Source: a bacterium
GTDB lineage: Bacteria; Patescibacteriota; Minisyncoccia; Phycocordibacterales; UBA6899
Assembly (NCBI GenBank): GCA_021851895.1
Contig: JAJZQJ010000005.1
Span: 14,572-78,571 of the forward strand
DNA: 64,000 nucleotides
Reading direction: 5' to 3'
Part shown: piece after piece, positions 36,483 through 47,279 of the stretch
Position numbering within the stretch: position 1 is the first letter of the stretch
Layout: the number at the start of each line of letters is the position of its first letter
Position numbers and translations under genes: made by a program
Notes under the pieces: generated by a model
Database searches by the model: none
What the model saw: the letters and a program-made list of their open reading frames with translations, nothing else
Told to the model about the DNA's origin: nothing

Positions 36483-37646
36483 TTAGAACGTTGGGGTTGC
36501 CACGTAAATGAGATTCGTGTGGTAATCCGTCGCTGCCTCCTGGAGTGGGCTGATCTCAGTCTTGTAGTAGACAGTTGTCGTACCAAAGCCCTGACCGATA
36601 CCCGCTGTCGAAGATGCATTTCCGAACACAGATACTGGCGTTCCGCGAACGAAATCACCGGTATAGAGCTGTCCGCCAAATGAGTAGATACCACCCTGTG
36701 GGATCGCAGCGTCATCAGATGACACACCGATATGGCCCCATGTCGTATCATCGTTCACATTAGCGAGCGGTGCTGCCCATGCAGCTGGAGCTGATGCTGA
36801 GAATCCATCGATGATCGCACCATTCTGTGACTGGAATGGCTGATCAGAGACGACCGTAACATTGAAGCCCTGACGAGCATTGGTCTTCACCTGGAGTTCC
36901 TGTGCAGCAGTTTGTGCAACATTCACTGGGAGAATACCGTAATTGATTGTCGTAGTGCTCGAGTCTGTCGTGATCGCACCATACGTCGTTGGTGTCGTAC
37001 TTGCAACACCCGAGATAGTGAAATCAAAGATTGGATCAACCTGTGCGATAACATCAACATTCTCGACCAATGCAACGCGAATACGTGTCGACTGATTCGA
37101 TGTTATGTTGAAGAGCTCGATCATGTAATTCGCAGCCGTAGGTGTCGATGGCTGTGGATTCAAGATCATGTTGCCTGCAGTGTTACCGAGAGTGACCGTA
37201 TACACCGTAGAGGATGACATGACGCCATGACCTGCACACGGAGTAAGATCAACTTGGTCTGCAACCGCGACCGCAGAGAAATCGTCGGTTCCACAAGTTG
37301 CACCTACTGTCTTTCCAGCAACCGTGATGTCCGCAGCAGTCAATGTACTTGCGTCAAAGTTTGATGCATCCGGATTCGGATAGAACTTGAAGCTGAGTGC
37401 AGTACCTTCTGGAATATCGACCTTCGGCTGGAATACGAACTTGTGCGTAGAATACTGATTCAATGCACCAGTAGTGATACGCGCGTTGTTCAACGTATCG
37501 CTAACGTTTTGGATTGCGATTGTCATCGCAGATGCAGTGTGTGCTGCAAAGATCGCAGAAACCGTACTGATAACCATGAGAACACTGAGGAAAGCAGTGA
37601 ATGCCTTCTGTTCTCTGAAGTAAGCAAACAAATTTTTGTAATTCAT
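36483..37646 (-). CDS. Secreted Ig-like surface protein, paralog A, with C-terminal ...NLIYVATPTF domain
   Basis: Start at MNYKNLFAYFREQKAF plus a signal peptide. 55-60% identical to the 38026 gene. The C-terminal ~200 aa is homologous to the C-terminus of the 1788-aa protein. Confidence 0.55.
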   Translation of the reverse strand: MNYKNLFAYFREQKAFTAFLSVLMVISTVSAIFAAHTASAMTIAIQNVSDTLNNARITTGALNQYSTHKFVFQPKVDIPEGTALSFKFYPNPDASNFDASTLTAADITVAGKTVGATCGTDDFSAVAVADQVDLTPCAGHGVMSSSTVYTVTLGNTAGNMILNPQPSTPTAANYMIELFNITSNQSTRIRVALVENVDVIAQVDPIFDFTISGVASTTPTTYGAITTDSSTTTINYGILPVNVAQTAAQELQVKTNARQGFNVTVVSDQPFQSQNGAIIDGFSASAPAAWAAPLANVNDDTTWGHIGVSSDDAAIPQGGIYSFGGQLYTGDFVRGTPVSVFGNASSTAGIGQGFGTTTVYYKTEISPLQEAATDYHTNLIYVATPTF

Positions 37647-38025
37647 AAGAACTATACAAGCAGCGTTATGGGACACTGCTTAGGCGAATAAGCGTGGGCG
37701 CAAAAGTGTAATCGCAAATGCAAATACACCAGTGCTTTGGCGTTTTTCGACGACGCCATGGAAAGTGGAAAACCCGCAAACCTATGCGCCCCAGCGGATA
37801 CATACATCTACTGGCGGAGGATTTCCTCCTACTTGTAATTATACTACATATGTGAACAACTTACTGATAAACCTGTGGACAAGTACTAAAAGTGAATGCA
37901 TAGCATGGGGATAACACCTGCTCATCTACGTTGACGATCGGAAATAAGATGAAACCTCCCCCACCTGAACGGGAAAAACGCCCCCGTAGGGACGTTTTCT
38001 CCGTTTGCTTTCTTTAGGATTATGA

Positions 38026-39210
38026 TCAGAACGTCGGTGTAGCGACGTAGATGAGATTCGTGTGATAATCGGTTGCAGCCTCCTGAAGTGGAGTGACTTC
38101 CGATCGGTAGAAGACCGTAGTCGTACCAAGACCAACACCGAAACCTGCGGTCGACGACGCATTACCGAAGACAGACACAGGGATTCCCCGGACGAAGTCT
38201 CCGGTCCAATGGTCGCCACTAAGCGCCGCAGATCCAGGAATGTCCGCGTCATCACTCGAAACTGCGATGTGCCCCCAAGTCGTATCATCGCCAAGCAATG
38301 CTGCTGGTGCTGCATATGCCGTCGGTGCCCCTACAGTTGCAGGGAAACCATCGATGATCGCGCCGTTTGAAGACTGGAATGGCTGATCCGCAACGACGGT
38401 GACATTAAAGCCCGTCTTTGCATTCGTAATGACACGAAGTTCCTGCGCAGCAGTCTCCGGTGTGTTCACTGGGAATGCACCATAGGCGATGGTCGAGGTG
38501 GATGAGTCGATCGTAATCGGCTTACCATCGATCGTCGTACTACTTGCAACCCCTGATACTGTGAAATCAAATGCGGGATCAACAGATGCAGAAACCAAGA
38601 CACTGCTCACCAGTGCGACCAGGGTCGATGTGAACTGATTCGATGGACCAGCGATGTCTACCTGATAGGTGTATGCATCATACTGAGCTCCAGGTGCCGG
38701 GTTCGCGACCAGATGACGAGTCGAACTGCCGAACGTTACCGAAAATGGCGACGTCGAAGCGATCGTATTTCCTGGGCAGACTGAAAGTGCAAGCACGGAT
38801 GCACCTGGCGTGAAAGAGTAGTTCTCGCTGCCCGTACAGCTTGCGCCAACGATCTTGCCAGGAACATTCACGTCGAGCGCATCGATACCCGATGCATCGA
38901 AATTCGTTCCCGTATTCCCTCTTCCCATGCTTGCGTCATCAGCACGGAAAGTGAACGTGAGCGACTGACCCGCAGTGACATCGACCTTTGGCGTCAAGAC
39001 AAAGGTGTGTGCAGACGAATAGGTCGTCCCCGCCGTAGATAAACGCGCATTACTCAATGTGTCCGTCACATTGCCAAATGCGAGATATGCAGCCGAAGCG
39101 ACATGCGCCTCAAACGCAGCTGCAGATGAACCTATGATCACAATAATAGACAGAAAAGCGGAAAACGCCTTCTGCTCCCTAAAGAAAGCAAGGGATTGTG
39201 AATATTTCAT
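38026..39210 (-). CDS. Secreted Ig-like surface protein, paralog B
   Basis: Start at MKYSQSLAFFREQKAF. Tandem duplicate of the 36483 gene including a ~350-nt upstream region. Confidence 0.55.
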   Translation of the reverse strand: MKYSQSLAFFREQKAFSAFLSIIVIIGSSAAAFEAHVASAAYLAFGNVTDTLSNARLSTAGTTYSSAHTFVLTPKVDVTAGQSLTFTFRADDASMGRGNTGTNFDASGIDALDVNVPGKIVGASCTGSENYSFTPGASVLALSVCPGNTIASTSPFSVTFGSSTRHLVANPAPGAQYDAYTYQVDIAGPSNQFTSTLVALVSSVLVSASVDPAFDFTVSGVASSTTIDGKPITIDSSTSTIAYGAFPVNTPETAAQELRVITNAKTGFNVTVVADQPFQSSNGAIIDGFPATVGAPTAYAAPAALLGDDTTWGHIAVSSDDADIPGSAALSGDHWTGDFVRGIPVSVFGNASSTAGFGVGLGTTTVFYRSEVTPLQEAATDYHTNLIYVATPTF

Positions 39211-39471
39211 TAAAAACAAGTTAAACAGCGTTATGGGACACTGTTTAAACGTATAAGTGGGCGCAAAAGTGTGCCGAGTGGCACGCTGCGAGGCATCGAC
39301 AGATGCCGAAAGTGGAAAACCCGCTGCTTATGCGCACAAGAAGATCATTCGATCGACTTGTGGAGGACGGCCTCCTACATGCAATTATACTACAGATGTG
39401 AATAAATATGTGTATAAATATGTGGACAACACACAAAAAAACTGCACAACCTGTGGATAGGTCGCGCAGTA

Positions 39472-40590
39472 TCATCTTGATATCTTTTGAATGCGCACAA
39501 ATGATCCATCATGGGAGCTCGAGAGTACAGAAATAAGCGTCCCTACGGTGACGATGAGCAGAAGCAGTCCTGCGATAAATGGAATGATGAGCAAACGTGC
39601 GCTCATAACTCGTAGTGCGACTTGCCCATCGAACTCCCCTCCCACTTTCTCTAAATCATCACGCAATTTCCTCACTGCATACGCAAAGAACTTGATCGCA
39701 CCGCCCAATATGATGATCATAAGCACGATGGCCCGCCAAGGCAGCACAAGAAAGAATGTGCGGTCCGCAACAAGATGTGCATTATTCTCGCCGTAATTCA
39801 ATTCAACATGGGCATTCCAAAGACCAAAGTCAAATATTCCGAGTGACCCCTTCCAGTCATACTCAACATTCCTCTTTGATCCTGGAATGATCGTTCCCGG
39901 TGCAAGCGTATTATCAAGTACATAGCGCCCACGCTCGACACCGAACATATTTCGTATGACCACTGACCCCTCTGGACGAAGGTGCGTATCTCCATCATTT
40001 TTTAATTCAAGAGAGAACGTCCCCTGTGCACCTGCAGAGATCAGCGCCTCCCTTGTGAAGGAGAGAATGGTCAACTGCTCTTTCGTCTCACCAGGCACGG
40101 TGAGAAAATTGAGCATATTCAGTCGTTCTCTCGCAGAACCGCTACTCGACTCGAGCTCAAAGACCACCGATCGTCCGCCAGGATTTGCATCACTTGGCAC
40201 TGATATCGAAAAAGGAACGCGAAGTGATTTGTGCGCGGGAACGATCAACGGACCATCAGGTAATGAGAACCAACCCGATGCTCGAACAGGGTCATCTTTA
40301 TCTGGAACGCCCTCCATTTCGCGCACACCACCCGCACCATCTACGGGAACAAAATCGGCCACAAGCACATCGAGTGCTATCGACTCTTCACCTGTATTTT
40401 TTAGTGTAAAAAATGATTTGAATTGGCCGCCACGCTCAACTGAGATACGAAGGATCGCCGGCTCAACTGAAAAGCCTTCCAAAGGCACCGCAGCCGACGC
40501 TTCGATCGACAACGGGAGAAAAAGCCAAAAGACCATTGCGATAAGCATGGTCTTCTCGTATCTCTTTAGTTGCTCGAAAATATACAGCAT
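39472..40590 (-). CDS. Secreted beta-rich protein with C-terminal TM anchors
   Basis: Signal peptide, ~250-aa ectodomain and two C-terminal TM helices. Confidence 0.45.
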   Translation of the reverse strand: MLYIFEQLKRYEKTMLIAMVFWLFLPLSIEASAAVPLEGFSVEPAILRISVERGGQFKSFFTLKNTGEESIALDVLVADFVPVDGAGGVREMEGVPDKDDPVRASGWFSLPDGPLIVPAHKSLRVPFSISVPSDANPGGRSVVFELESSSGSARERLNMLNFLTVPGETKEQLTILSFTREALISAGAQGTFSLELKNDGDTHLRPEGSVVIRNMFGVERGRYVLDNTLAPGTIIPGSKRNVEYDWKGSLGIFDFGLWNAHVELNYGENNAHLVADRTFFLVLPWRAIVLMIIILGGAIKFFAYAVRKLRDDLEKVGGEFDGQVALRVMSARLLIIPFIAGLLLLIVTVGTLISVLSSSHDGSFVRIQKISR

Positions 40591-40596
40591 GCCGAA

Positions 40597-41874
40597 TTAA
40601 CGCAATCGAATGATGTGTTCTTCGGGAACAACGCGAACCTTCTGCTCGAGTTGCACTGCATAATGAGCAGGAGGAACAGTACGCACGCGGGGAGGAATGT
40701 TCACCTCAGTCAAGCCACTGATGACACTCTCTTCAAGCACATCTTCGAGGCGGTGTCGCTTACCCCTAAATAGGTGGCCGAGTCTCTTGAACATACTCTC
40801 GTCATCCACGTCCTTTTCATCGACATGTCGTTCATGCGGTTCTTCGTCTTCTTCGGCGACTTCAGCATAAGCATACGATGGACGCGCGAGGTCACGGCCG
40901 CGAGCGAGCATCGCGAACAGCACGATAAGCACCACGAACACCGAACCGAAACCGATCATCTTTGACCATGGTATGACCCAAAAATAAACGACATCTTGCA
41001 TCGTACCGCGCTGCCCATAGCTCATATCGAGCATGGCTTTATATTTCCCGAAATGCCCCCCTGCTGCCCAAGTAGCAGCAAGCAACGCTTTCCCTTTTGG
41101 CTCGACTTCTTTGCCATCAGTGTTCACGTCGACCATACCAACTTCCTTGCCCGTATTGTCGAATATTCTTATCTTTCCATTCGGAGTCAATGCACGATTA
41201 CCTGTATTCTCTACAGAAAAACTGAAGTTCGCTTGTGGATTTATGAATATATTCTTCGCAGCAGCAAAAGAAAATAATTGCAACTTCTCGCGAATGTCTT
41301 CAGTTACCTCGATATTCATCAGCACTTCTTGTGTACATGCTGTACACTTCTGCGCGTCAAACTGCGTCGGACCAGATGCGAATTTTATGGCAACATGATA
41401 ATTCCCCGGCTTTGCCCGGGCAGGTATCTGCATCTGAAATGGAATGGTTTGTTCTTCTTTCGGAAGAAGATTAATAGAGCGAGGTATCTCGATCCAGCGT
41501 GATGGGCTTGAGTCTAATGGGTTAGCATTCAAGCCACTCATATCGCGATTCGAGAGGTCGCCTTTCATGTCATCAACATCGACAACCCAAACGAAAAGCG
41601 TCGACACACCCTGACCAGTGGTCTGTACTGTTATATTATGATGACTTATCTCACGAACTTTTCCTTTCGTATCAATGACCTTCGGAGTCACCTCAAAGTT
41701 CGCAGCATAGACAGAGAATGGTAATACAAAACACCCAAAAAACAGGGCAATAACAGGCCAAACTGCTTTGCGTGTGTGTATGTTCACTACATATATAGTA
41801 TACACTGGAAATAGTCGAATTATGCTTACTTTTCCACAGAAAATCATGATTTTCGGGCGACAAAAGAACGACAC
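40597..41874 (-). CDS. Secreted beta-rich protein with TM anchor and acidic tail
   Basis: Same architecture as the preceding gene. Start uncertain. Confidence 0.45.
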   Translation of the reverse strand: MSFFCRPKIMIFCGKVSIIRLFPVYTIYVVNIHTRKAVWPVIALFFGCFVLPFSVYAANFEVTPKVIDTKGKVREISHHNITVQTTGQGVSTLFVWVVDVDDMKGDLSNRDMSGLNANPLDSSPSRWIEIPRSINLLPKEEQTIPFQMQIPARAKPGNYHVAIKFASGPTQFDAQKCTACTQEVLMNIEVTEDIREKLQLFSFAAAKNIFINPQANFSFSVENTGNRALTPNGKIRIFDNTGKEVGMVDVNTDGKEVEPKGKALLAATWAAGGHFGKYKAMLDMSYGQRGTMQDVVYFWVIPWSKMIGFGSVFVVLIVLFAMLARGRDLARPSYAYAEVAEEDEEPHERHVDEKDVDDESMFKRLGHLFRGKRHRLEDVLEESVISGLTEVNIPPRVRTVPPAHYAVQLEQKVRVVPEEHIIRLR

Positions 41875-41908
41875 TCATTGGTGTCGCTCTTTTGATCAAA
41901 ACACTCTA

Positions 41909-44900
41909 TTAATAGACAGGGGTGATCACGTAGATAATGTTCGTACTATATGTGCCAGGCGGAGTGCCTGCATGCGGCTCTATCTTATAGACGACATCAA
42001 CAGTCTCACTCCCCGTTGTTGGGAGATCTGAATAACCAACTTCCGATGGAGTGCTCGTCGCGAATTCAGCCCAAGAATCATTCGGGGCGAATCTGTCTGG
42101 TATCCCCGTCGGACTCAACGTATGATCAGATGTGTGATAACCGATACAACCTGCACTCGCTGCAGGACACCCCGTAGACCAAGGTACCGGTGCGGAATTT
42201 GGTGCACCAATGATCGATGGCAGCTTATCTCCATAAGCGTCGAGCAAATCCCCTTCTGCCTGCATCGTCACCTGATACCCCATCATAGCATTCGTCGTTA
42301 TGTGCAATTGATGCGCAAGCACGGCGACCGAATCCATCGTGAGCATGCCAAATGGAGTTGTTGTTGCCGTTGTTGTACCTGTCGTTACTGAGCCATCGAT
42401 GGTGACGCCTGCATTTACTCCACTAACGAGGCCGTCGACAGTCGCTCCCTCCGCAACGACTGACGGATAAGACGCGGCACTCTTCTCGAGCGGTACATTC
42501 CGATTCACGTCATAGAGGCGGAAAAAATACGTCTGACCGGTGCGTTCTCGCATCGAGGTTATTGTATACTCCATTTCAGTATTACTACCCGCTGCAGGAG
42601 AGAATGTCGACGTACTCGTTGCTTCATTGTGCCTTCCCAGTGTTGTGCCTGTGAGGGTTTGAACCGAAAGATTCGTATCATCAGGTCCTACTCCATACGC
42701 ATAGCAAAACGTACTTGTCGCCATACAATCATTCTGCAGATCAGCGAAATGCACCCCTGAACTGAACGTTGGGTCCTCCGACCACTGCACTGCGAAGCGT
42801 TCATTCGATCCCGATTCATTTGCAACATCTTGAAGCGCGGCACGCAGCTTGAATATAGTCTTATTCGCCACACCTGATGGTGCAATCTCTACACCTGCCC
42901 CCAAGAATGGTTGCCAATTGACCTCATTTGCGTAATCATCAACGAAACGCCAAGATGATATCTCTGGTGTATACCCTGCAGTACGTATGACCGGATAGAA
43001 GTCGTAACCAAACAATGGTTTGCCGCCATCCTCTACTACACGAAAACAGTAATCAGAATCCTTAAGCGCATTATTTCGTTTCAATGCCCAATCATATTCG
43101 ATATAATCACCCGTCTCACTCGTATTCGCCGGATTCGGATTCAACGCGGTGAGTCCATCTTCCGAATAGAGCTCGGGAACATGCCCGATTGCGACCGCAA
43201 CGAGCGCAGAAGGAATGCTTGTTCCGCTTGATAGGCCAGCATTGTGATATCCCGACCAATCGCCACTTGCATTCACATCCATCCAGCTTGCAGATGGGAT
43301 GGCGCTACAAGAACCAGAAGTGCGTAATGCGGACTGCAATTGAAAGGCGCGATCGGCTATTGGCATCGTTGAAGTGCTTACTGCAAGTGCGATACGCAAA
43401 CGCACGCTATCACTCTTACGCACAGGGCGATTAAGCGCGGTCATCTCCTGATCATCTCCGAGTGGATTTGGCGACCCAAGATACCAAGAATCCGTAGGAG
43501 TTAGTGCGCCGTTATCGGTATAGATACGGAAACCGGCTTGCGTGAACGTCGCGCGACGCACCTGCTGATGCTCTTCGTAAGTGATCGTAAACACATTACT
43601 GAAATTGGTATAATCGACCGCGGTCGACTTTGCATTACGCACAAGCATCGAGATCGTACTGCTTGGCATCGTCCCACTCCCCCAAAGATCAGTCGCGAGC
43701 ACAGGCTGCAACATGGTTGTATTGTATGGATACGAAGTCGCAGGACCCGCCTCGGTAGTTACGGTCCCCGCACCGCCCACTGCAGAAATAAATGCACCTC
43801 TTGTGATCGTTGTTGCCGCACCGTGTGCGATATACGTCTCAAGTTCTGCGGCACGAAAAGTCGTATCGACATCACGAGCGAGATCGATCGAAAACGGATA
43901 TGTTGTTGTCGCTATCGCCGTACTCGGAGCATATTGCTGTGGTGCCACATACGAGAGACTTCTCGCTTGTGTACCCCCATGACTTCCATCCCAAACGTAC
44001 GTGATAAGTAATTCTGCGGTTGCAGGGACCGAAGCCGTGACGAAATTGATGTTCGCGCTGATCGCAGTCCCTGAGGTCGCGTAAGATCCAACAAGCGAAG
44101 AGAGATCATGGATGATATACGTCTCTCCTCCACCACGATTGGTCATCGTTCCTGTCGTGTATGTTTGACTCAAACTTGATGCCCCTACGGTTCCTCCAAT
44201 TTGTGCCGAAAGCGAACTATGCGGTGAGTAGCGCACACGCAACCACATATTCTGTACTTGCGCTGACTGCATAGGAAGTATTGGTGTAAATGTACCAATA
44301 GTTGTTGCAACTCCAACAGTAGGCGCGGTCGCGAGCTGTCCGAGCGGATAGGACAACGTCTCCGATTGCTGATTCGAACGACTTGAATACGCGTAGGTTA
44401 CGACGATCTCTCCACCCGTCTGCGCCAAAATGACTTTGTTGTTGCTCGATGATACTGCGATAGTATTCGGCGTATTGATCTGAAAATCATTCACCCCAAT
44501 GGGCATACCCCAGAACAACCGAAGACCAGTAGAATCCAATGAGGTTTCCGTTGGACTAAATGTCACACTCGAACCTGCAGTATGACCTACGGTGACCGTA
44601 TATGCACGCTGGTTCGCACTTCCCGCGGAATTTGCGAGCGTCGTGATCTCTGCATGCACATCAAGAATATTCGCAGTGTCGTTATTCAAAAGATCCGCAA
44701 TCGTCGCGTTGTAATTAAAATCACAACCCTTCACCGCACAAACCGAAGTGATCGATCCTGAGTCACCTGCGACCGTAGAATCGAGCGGAAACCGCACCGT
44801 CTTGACTCCAACCATCGGATTCAAAGAATATGAGGTCTCATACGTAACAACCAATTTCGCGGTTGTGAGTGCACGTGTTGGACCTGTCGAGGAAAGAGCG

Positions 44901-47275
44901 ACACCCACGTTCACACCATTATTGAGCGCCGCACTCGACTGACCGATGAACAAACGTGTTGCATCGATTTGCGAGTGATAATAGTTCGTGACCGTACTTC
45001 CACCACCGGCGATCTGATTCATCGGCGCAACGTAAAGTTGAATGCCTTGAGCGTCACCAGAGAGTGAACCAGTGATATCACCAGTCACGGTGAGGCCCGT
45101 AAGTGCAACGACATTTGTCGAAGAAAATGAGAGGTCGACATATGCATTAACGACCTTTGCATCATCACCGAGCAATTTCACGAGCATGCCTGCCGGCTTC
45201 GCTGTCCCCCAAGTTGCGCCAGCGTACGAATACACTCCACTCGCTGCAGTCGCTTGATAGGTTCCGCCGCCGAGCATGAACTCCGCAGTACGCATTTGCT
45301 TTGGTTTTGGCACGAATGCGACAGGCGCGGCGGCCGAATAGGTGAGCACAACGACATTCGCGAAATACGTATAGTTCGCGGACACATCGACACTCTCTTC
45401 GATCGCAAATGGATAACGTTCACCCGAAAGATCGGATGTCGCACCGATATCGCTCGGCGTAAATCTTGCATAGAAACGTTCCGCGAATGGATACGTACCG
45501 CCCGTACCACCAACTTCCGCGATCGAAAGTGCATTTGCTGTCGTCGATGTGCCGAAGCCGATGTGTACTCCAGAAGAGATGGTGATCGCTGCAGTGTTCG
45601 AATGACCGAAATGCACTTCAAGAAAACCATCTTCAAATGTTTTTTGCGCACGCTCAGGGAGAAAGAGTATCGCATGGCGCACCTTATCCACCGTACCCAC
45701 ATTTCGACCAACCGCAGGCAAAGAGGCGGCATATGTCGCGGTCTTCGTCTGTGCGCTCGTCGGAGAATAGGTCCAGGAGAACGTCGTTACCACCTCAATA
45801 GCGACAGGAGATCCCCCTGCCCCACTGAATGCGAATGTTCCCCCAACAGGAGTCGATGCTGAAAACGAGAGACTCTCTGGAGTCAAACTGTGAATGACGA
45901 CCGGTGAATTCGCTGAACGTCGCGCGGTCGACGGAGCAGGAAATTGGTAGACCTGACTTGTACCACTTGTACCGTTCACACTATGGGTCACCGTCAAATT
46001 CGTCGCTGCAGTAAACACCGGAGCAAGGCTCATACGATACCAAGCCTTCTCAACGACAGGAGCATCGTTCGCTATGGCGATATTCGTCGTTGAGATTGGA
46101 ACACTCGCACCAGCTGCAGGAGATGCGGTCTCTTGATCAGAAAAATATCTTATCGTCTCTGTTTGCGTCGTTGCTGTTGGGTTGAATTTATACGTGATCA
46201 CCACCTCACCACCAGTTGCATAAAGTGCCGCACCTCCAGCGGTGTTCACAAGATTCAGTGTATGTAGCGTGTTCGCGCGAAGGTCAGAACCACCGATAGG
46301 TAGCGCACCCCAAAGCACGCGAGTCTCATGTGTATCGGCGACCGCTTCGTTCCATGCATAAAGTGGAGAAGCGGTTCCCCCAGAGAACTGGAGGCGAAAT
46401 GTTGAATTCACCGTGCCTGCGTGATATGCATAGAACTCGATGTGTGCATCGAGGATGTTCGCATCCGCCGAAAGATCGCGGATAACATTCGTGTCGAAGG
46501 TGAAAGGACATGTTGCACCAGCAGCACAAACCGTTGTACGCGTACCAGTATTTCCTGCAACTCCAGTTGATGCGAGTGGAAGATGCACAGACTTCACGAG
46601 ATACGGCAAGGTTCGATCGATATCCACCTCATAGGTGATCGACAATTTTGCAGTAGTCAACGCCCTGTTTCCCGCGCTCAATGTTGGAGCAACTCCAACA
46701 AGCACATGAACACCCGAATTGAAGGCGGAGTCTGATTGCGTAGCAAAGAAACTCGTGACGTCATTCACCGTCCTCAAGTAACCCGTACCGCCCGCCATGA
46801 TCGCAAGAGGGATAGTACCATTTGCACCGTTCACGGGCACATCAGTACCCTGAGTGCCCGAACCTTCGACATCCATGAAAATCCTATTCTCTGTAACTGA
46901 GGCAGCTGCGGTATATGGATACTCATACGAGACATCAAGCTGTGCGCTGAGCACATGGACGCCAGTCCCAAGCAAGGTGACCACGTCGCCACCTGTTGTA
47001 AGCGTCGGCTTTGTCGTCGACCATGCAGTCGCGCCCGCATAAGCCATTACCCCACTCGCACGCACGGTATTGTCCGACCCACCGCCGAGCACGAATTCCG
47101 CCGTACGCAATTCTTTGCCGAATGCCGTCGCAGAAGCCTCTGCATGACGGACACCAAACGTTCCAAGCATGAGGAAGAAAGCATCGACGCCACCCATGCT
47201 GACCAAAAACAACGCGACGAGAAGTGTCGTCGTGAGTATTTTCATAGAAAAAGTTCTCGCGTTGTTTATGGTCAT
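41909..47275 (-). CDS. Giant (1788 aa) Thr/Ser/Gly-rich cell-surface protein
   Basis: Signal peptide (possibly from M11, 47245). Internal ~600-aa repeat (TAEFVLGGGS.../TAEFMLGGGT...). C-terminal domain shared with the 36483/38026 proteins, ending NIIYVITPVY. Confidence 0.6.
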   Translation of the reverse strand: MTINNARTFSMKILTTTLLVALFLVSMGGVDAFFLMLGTFGVRHAEASATAFGKELRTAEFVLGGGSDNTVRASGVMAYAGATAWSTTKPTLTTGGDVVTLLGTGVHVLSAQLDVSYEYPYTAAASVTENRIFMDVEGSGTQGTDVPVNGANGTIPLAIMAGGTGYLRTVNDVTSFFATQSDSAFNSGVHVLVGVAPTLSAGNRALTTAKLSITYEVDIDRTLPYLVKSVHLPLASTGVAGNTGTRTTVCAAGATCPFTFDTNVIRDLSADANILDAHIEFYAYHAGTVNSTFRLQFSGGTASPLYAWNEAVADTHETRVLWGALPIGGSDLRANTLHTLNLVNTAGGAALYATGGEVVITYKFNPTATTQTETIRYFSDQETASPAAGASVPISTTNIAIANDAPVVEKAWYRMSLAPVFTAATNLTVTHSVNGTSGTSQVYQFPAPSTARRSANSPVVIHSLTPESLSFSASTPVGGTFAFSGAGGSPVAIEVVTTFSWTYSPTSAQTKTATYAASLPAVGRNVGTVDKVRHAILFLPERAQKTFEDGFLEVHFGHSNTAAITISSGVHIGFGTSTTANALSIAEVGGTGGTYPFAERFYARFTPSDIGATSDLSGERYPFAIEESVDVSANYTYFANVVVLTYSAAAPVAFVPKPKQMRTAEFMLGGGTYQATAASGVYSYAGATWGTAKPAGMLVKLLGDDAKVVNAYVDLSFSSTNVVALTGLTVTGDITGSLSGDAQGIQLYVAPMNQIAGGGSTVTNYYHSQIDATRLFIGQSSAALNNGVNVGVALSSTGPTRALTTAKLVVTYETSYSLNPMVGVKTVRFPLDSTVAGDSGSITSVCAVKGCDFNYNATIADLLNNDTANILDVHAEITTLANSAGSANQRAYTVTVGHTAGSSVTFSPTETSLDSTGLRLFWGMPIGVNDFQINTPNTIAVSSSNNKVILAQTGGEIVVTYAYSSRSNQQSETLSYPLGQLATAPTVGVATTIGTFTPILPMQSAQVQNMWLRVRYSPHSSLSAQIGGTVGASSLSQTYTTGTMTNRGGGETYIIHDLSSLVGSYATSGTAISANINFVTASVPATAELLITYVWDGSHGGTQARSLSYVAPQQYAPSTAIATTTYPFSIDLARDVDTTFRAAELETYIAHGAATTITRGAFISAVGGAGTVTTEAGPATSYPYNTTMLQPVLATDLWGSGTMPSSTISMLVRNAKSTAVDYTNFSNVFTITYEEHQQVRRATFTQAGFRIYTDNGALTPTDSWYLGSPNPLGDDQEMTALNRPVRKSDSVRLRIALAVSTSTMPIADRAFQLQSALRTSGSCSAIPSASWMDVNASGDWSGYHNAGLSSGTSIPSALVAVAIGHVPELYSEDGLTALNPNPANTSETGDYIEYDWALKRNNALKDSDYCFRVVEDGGKPLFGYDFYPVIRTAGYTPEISSWRFVDDYANEVNWQPFLGAGVEIAPSGVANKTIFKLRAALQDVANESGSNERFAVQWSEDPTFSSGVHFADLQNDCMATSTFCYAYGVGPDDTNLSVQTLTGTTLGRHNEATSTSTFSPAAGSNTEMEYTITSMRERTGQTYFFRLYDVNRNVPLEKSAASYPSVVAEGATVDGLVSGVNAGVTIDGSVTTGTTTATTTPFGMLTMDSVAVLAHQLHITTNAMMGYQVTMQAEGDLLDAYGDKLPSIIGAPNSAPVPWSTGCPAASAGCIGYHTSDHTLSPTGIPDRFAPNDSWAEFATSTPSEVGYSDLPTTGSETVDVVYKIEPHAGTPPGTYSTNIIYVITPVY

Positions 47276-47279
47276 TTTT

